Shown: positions 60,461 to 64,000 of the stretch, one piece after another
How the letters are laid out: each line of letters begins with the position of its first letter
Numbering within the stretch: position 1 is the first letter of the stretch
Assembly (NCBI GenBank): GCA_964486045.1
Contig: CAZALK010000006.1
Location: forward strand, 128,001-192,000
Direction: 5' to 3'
From: an uncultured archaeon
GTDB taxonomy: Archaea > Asgardarchaeota > Lokiarchaeia > Sigyniarchaeales > SOKP01
Length of the DNA stretch: 64,000 nucleotides
Made by a program: the position numbers and the translations under genes
The notes under the pieces: model-generated
Databases searched by the model: none
Told to the model about the DNA's origin: nothing
What the model saw: only the letters and a program-made list of their open reading frames with translations

Positions 60461-61261
60461 ATGGATGTAATTTTAATCATCATTTTACTTGCATTTGGTG
60501 CGTTATTTGGCATTATTGGCACTGTCGCAGGAATAGGCGGTGGAGCTCTTCATATGAGTTTAATGATTTTATTATTTGCTATCCCCATAGATGAAGCGAG
60601 AAATACATCTTCGTTTATCATTTTTCTCTTCTCTGGCATAGCATTCATTAACTATTTTAAACAGGGGAAAGTTAATATCAAACTTACTTTAATCTTTGCT
60701 AGTTTTGCATTATTGGGTAGTATTACCGCAACTGTCTTATTTATGTTCTTGCCAATTGATAATACAGCTTTAAAGATTATTATAGCATCAGTAGTCCTGG
60801 CTTCAGGATTAAACATGATCCGGAAAGCTTTTGCATCTTTAAAACTAGAAAGATTAAATAATAATGAAGAAATACAGTTTTTTTTTGATAATTTTGACTA
60901 TAGTTCAAATTTAAAGAAGGGAATCCCTTTATTTTTCTTGGCAGGTTTTGTAGCCTATCTAAGTGGAATTGGGGGTGGTATGTTATTTGTACCAATTCTC
61001 AGCATTATTTTTGGAATGCCAATATTTATTTCAACTGCAACATCAACAACGATGATATTTTTCATTGGAATATATAATGCTTCTGCTAGAATGGTTGTTG
61101 GAAAAATTCATTATTTAATAGGTATTTTAATAGGAATGGGGGCTATCTTAGGTTCACTTTATGGAACCAGGTTATCTAAAAAAATAAAAAAGCAGAATTT
61201 ACAATTTTTTGTTGCAGTGATTCTATTAGGGTTAGCAATTAGAATGTATTTTATTGTTTAG
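60461..61261 (+). CDS. TSUP (TauE/SafE) family transporter
   Basis: Two GIGGG repeats, multiple TM segments. Confidence 0.9.
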   Translation: MDVILIIILLAFGALFGIIGTVAGIGGGALHMSLMILLFAIPIDEARNTSSFIIFLFSGIAFINYFKQGKVNIKLTLIFASFALLGSITATVLFMFLPIDNTALKIIIASVVLASGLNMIRKAFASLKLERLNNNEEIQFFFDNFDYSSNLKKGIPLFFLAGFVAYLSGIGGGMLFVPILSIIFGMPIFISTATSTTMIFFIGIYNASARMVVGKIHYLIGILIGMGAILGSLYGTRLSKKIKKQNLQFFVAVILLGLAIRMYFIV

Positions 61262-61285
61262 TATAAAAAAATTTCATCTAAAAAT

Positions 61286-61756
61286 TTACTTAAAGCTTCT
61301 GTGTTCGTGTTTGAGTTCAAAATAAGTCTGGTCACTGAGGATGTCATTGTGTATTTCACCTAAATATTTGTTTTGCAAAATTTTATCAAAATATCGTAAA
61401 ATTGATTCATAAATTTCTTTAAGGAAAGTATCTGTTTGAGAAAATCCGTAAGAAATTTCCTTCATTAATTCAAAATCAAATTTGAGATCAACTTCTTTCA
61501 TCTCAAAGATTTTTTTTTTTAAACGTTTGTCATGAAAATTAGTCCATACTGATTCATAAATAAAATAATTAATAAATTAAACTGATTCTGTGATAAGTCC
61601 AAGGGAAAGGGCAGCAGCTAAGCTTCCCGTAATTATAAAAGCAACTAACATTCCGAGAGAAATTGTTATTACTCTATAAATCATGCTTTTTAAGAGACTC
61701 TCTTTTAAATTCTCTTTCCACTCTGTTGGTTTCTCTTTCCATTTAATTTTTCTCAT
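61286..61756 (-). pseudogene. DUF2061-like membrane protein gene with one in-frame TAA
   Basis: MRKIKW..ESLLKSMIYRVITISLG..TESV*FINYFIYESVW..KIFEMKEVD..; stop at 61577-61579, same frame as the 61286-61501 ORF. Confidence 0.75.
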
Positions 61757-62011
61757 AGATAAATCTTTCCAATAAAAGGAGTGCTATTTTGATAATAATA
61801 ATATCTATTTTAAATATAATCCTTTAGATGATAGTAAGGATAATACAAAGACTACTTTTTATGTGTTTTTAAATCCCTTCAGAAAAAACAATAGAAAAAA
61901 AGTTTTAAAATTAGTGAATTCTAAATTAGATAAAATATATACTAAATTTAACACATCAATGTTCAAGGTAATATATCCATCAAATATTGATTAAGATTAG
62001 GTAATTGAAAA

Positions 62012-62242
62012 ATGGTTAAAGTGAAGGATCTCGAAAAACTTATGGATGATTTTATGATTGAACCAGATGAAAAATTTATCGATATAAAAAGATATCTCCT
62101 AAGTGAATTTAAATGGGAAATTAATCCTCTAAAAAAATCCCAATTTATGATTAGAGGGATTCCCATAGCGGACGACAAGAAACTCGGTGATTTGTTAAAA
62201 AGTTTTTTACCAGATGAAGTAGTTGTACTTAAAGAATTTTAA
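62012..62242 (+). CDS. Hypothetical protein
   Basis: 76-aa ORF, protein-like composition, fills the gap between genes. Confidence 0.65.
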   Translation: MVKVKDLEKLMDDFMIEPDEKFIDIKRYLLSEFKWEINPLKKSQFMIRGIPIADDKKLGDLLKSFLPDEVVVLKEF

Positions 62243-62252
62243 AGGAAATACC

Positions 62253-63104
62253 TTACTCGAAGATTATAGTCTTATTATTGCTTAAAAAAACTCTATCTTC
62301 AAAAACAAGTCTTAAAGCTTTCGAGAGAGTCGCTATTTCTACTTCCCTACCCGCTTGTTTCATATCTTTCACAGTATATTTATGATTAACACTTATTATT
62401 TCTTGAACTATTATAGGCCCTTTATCTAATTCTTCTGTAACAAAGTGTGATGTAGCTCCAATAATCTTTACACCTCGTTTGAATGCTCGCTCGTAGGGAT
62501 TTGCACCAATAAAAGCGGGTAAGAAAGAATGATGGATATTTATAATTCGGTCTTTGAATATAGATACAAAATTAGGAGTTAAAATTCTCATGTATTTTGC
62601 GAGGATCAAATAATCAGTCTCATATTTACTTAGGATTTCTAAAATAAATTCCTCATGTTCTTCTCTGGTCTTATCTTGGTGGCTCTCATAATGAAAGGGG
62701 ATTTTAAATTTTTTAACAAGTGTTTCCAAATCGGGGTAATTGCTGATAACAGCAAGAATTTCAGCGTTTATTTCATTATACTCATTCTTAATTAACAAAT
62801 CTCCCAGGCAATGATGTTCTTTACTAACTAGTATTACTATCTTCTTTTTCCTAATTTTAATAAGCTTGAAAGTTGCATCTCTTGGTAATGTCTCCTTTAA
62901 ATTCGTAAGAATGGATTTCTTATTGACTTCTCCCGGAAATTCTGAACGCATGAAAAAATGATTGTCTTCTTCTTCAACAAATTCACTATTACTAATAATA
63001 TTTAAACCTTCATTGTACAAAACTCCGGTTATTTTATGAATAATACCTATTTCATCCGTGCAATCTACTAAAAGAATATAGTTTTCCATGAACATATCAT
63101 TCAA
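62253..63104 (-). CDS. purU: Formyltetrahydrofolate deformylase
   Basis: ACT domain, SKEHHCLGDLL, LAKYMRIL, INIHHSFLPAF.GA.PY, GATSH. Confidence 0.96.
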   Translation of the reverse strand: MNDMFMENYILLVDCTDEIGIIHKITGVLYNEGLNIISNSEFVEEEDNHFFMRSEFPGEVNKKSILTNLKETLPRDATFKLIKIRKKKIVILVSKEHHCLGDLLIKNEYNEINAEILAVISNYPDLETLVKKFKIPFHYESHQDKTREEHEEFILEILSKYETDYLILAKYMRILTPNFVSIFKDRIINIHHSFLPAFIGANPYERAFKRGVKIIGATSHFVTEELDKGPIIVQEIISVNHKYTVKDMKQAGREVEIATLSKALRLVFEDRVFLSNNKTIIFE

Positions 63105-63282
63105 ATTTATGTTCTAAGATAAAGTGTTGGATTTTTCTTTTAATTTAACGAGATAATATAACTCATTTATTAGATTTGCTCCTTTCTCTCTTTTAATTTA
63201 TATGCATTTATCTAAAAAATCTTAAATCTTTTTGATTATACTATACATTAATTTATTAATATTAGTAATGTGATTAACGTAA

Positions 63283-64000
63283 ATGAGTAAAGGTTTTAGA
63301 CTCCTCCGAGTTGAATATGTTTTTTCTGTATTAATACCATGTTTACTGTCTATTTTTTTAAATAATTACGATTTGATGTCTAATGTTTGGATTTTAGCAG
63401 GTTTTGTGTTTTATGCTATAACCGGTAATACACTTAATGATGTAATAGATATGAAAGATCCGGGTGAGAAAGAAACTCTTGAAAGAGTTGAAGGATTTTC
63501 TCGTAAGGAAATATTAGTGATCTCAATTGGGAGCTTTGTCTTAGGAACTACCTGTTTTATGAATGAGATATTAATAAATCCATTAGGTTTAGTATTGGGT
63601 ATTTATCTAATAATTATCGTTTTTATGGTTATTTTTTACTGCTTATTCAAATCTCTAGTAGTTATAAACCATATAATATTAGGTACTTCACACATAGTTT
63701 TACCATGGTTTATGATAAAGATAAATGCTGGAGATAGTTTCATGGGTTTTTTACCAAGTCTCACCTTGGACGAATCGTTAATCTTAGGCACAATTGTTTC
63801 TGTAGCTTTTACAGGACAAATGGTTCATGAAATGATTGACGGAGATTCTCTGTCTAAATTAAAACCGAGAAGGTCTCAATTAGTAATATGGTGTGCCTCT
63901 ATTGTATCATTAATCATTGCAATAGTTTCTTTTTTTATAACTCGAGATTTAGTGTTTCTCCCAATTTTATTCTTTCCAATTGGAATATTGTACATATTTA
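63283..64000 (+). CDS. UbiA-family prenyltransferase-like membrane protein (partial, runs off the window)
   Basis: MSKGFRLLRVEY..GNTLNDVIDMKD (NDxxD motif), multiple TM segments. Confidence 0.7.
   Translation, partial: MSKGFRLLRVEYVFSVLIPCLLSIFLNNYDLMSNVWILAGFVFYAITGNTLNDVIDMKDPGEKETLERVEGFSRKEILVISIGSFVLGTTCFMNEILINPLGLVLGIYLIIIVFMVIFYCLFKSLVVINHIILGTSHIVLPWFMIKINAGDSFMGFLPSLTLDESLILGTIVSVAFTGQMVHEMIDGDSLSKLKPRRSQLVIWCASIVSLIIAIVSFFITRDLVFLPILFFPIGILYIF

Noticed and set aside
398-62178. Numerous short ORFs antisense to or overlapping the main genes (e.g. 398-607, 14232-14627, 21969-22190, 50684-51070)
   Set aside because: Shadow frames of well-supported genes with no motifs.

Overview
AT-rich archaeal DNA, most likely from an Asgard (Lokiarchaeia-like) genome. 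This is inferred from an archaeal-type PEP carboxylase, a histone-fold gene, an actin-derived ORF and T-tract terminators. Headline finding: a 77-aa histone gene at 18563-18856 (+), absent from the ORF track, is interrupted by two 30-nt in-frame insertions that each carry stop codons. Both fold with the flanking coding sequence into archaeal bulge-helix-bulge (BHB/BHL) splice motifs. Cutting at the canonical endonuclease positions restores an intact histone, so these are candidate tRNA-endonuclease-type mRNA introns in a histone gene. Other content: a glycyl-radical enzyme plus activase; a 'half-actin' (subdomains 3/4 only); folD; a P2-type ATPase; ppcA; a B12 acyl-CoA mutase/MeaB operon with atypical active-site residues; a scarred 15.8-19.6 kb region (TA modules, ParE-VapC chimera, gene remnants); two PAS histidine kinases, one with three identical 369-bp repeats; an acyl-CoA dehydrogenase/EtfAB operon; a GH3 enzyme; and a ~21 kb anaerobic benzoyl-CoA cluster (oah-dch-had, bzdNOPQMV, AOR, thiolase, CoA ligase). 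No rRNA, tRNA, CRISPR array or transposase was recognised.
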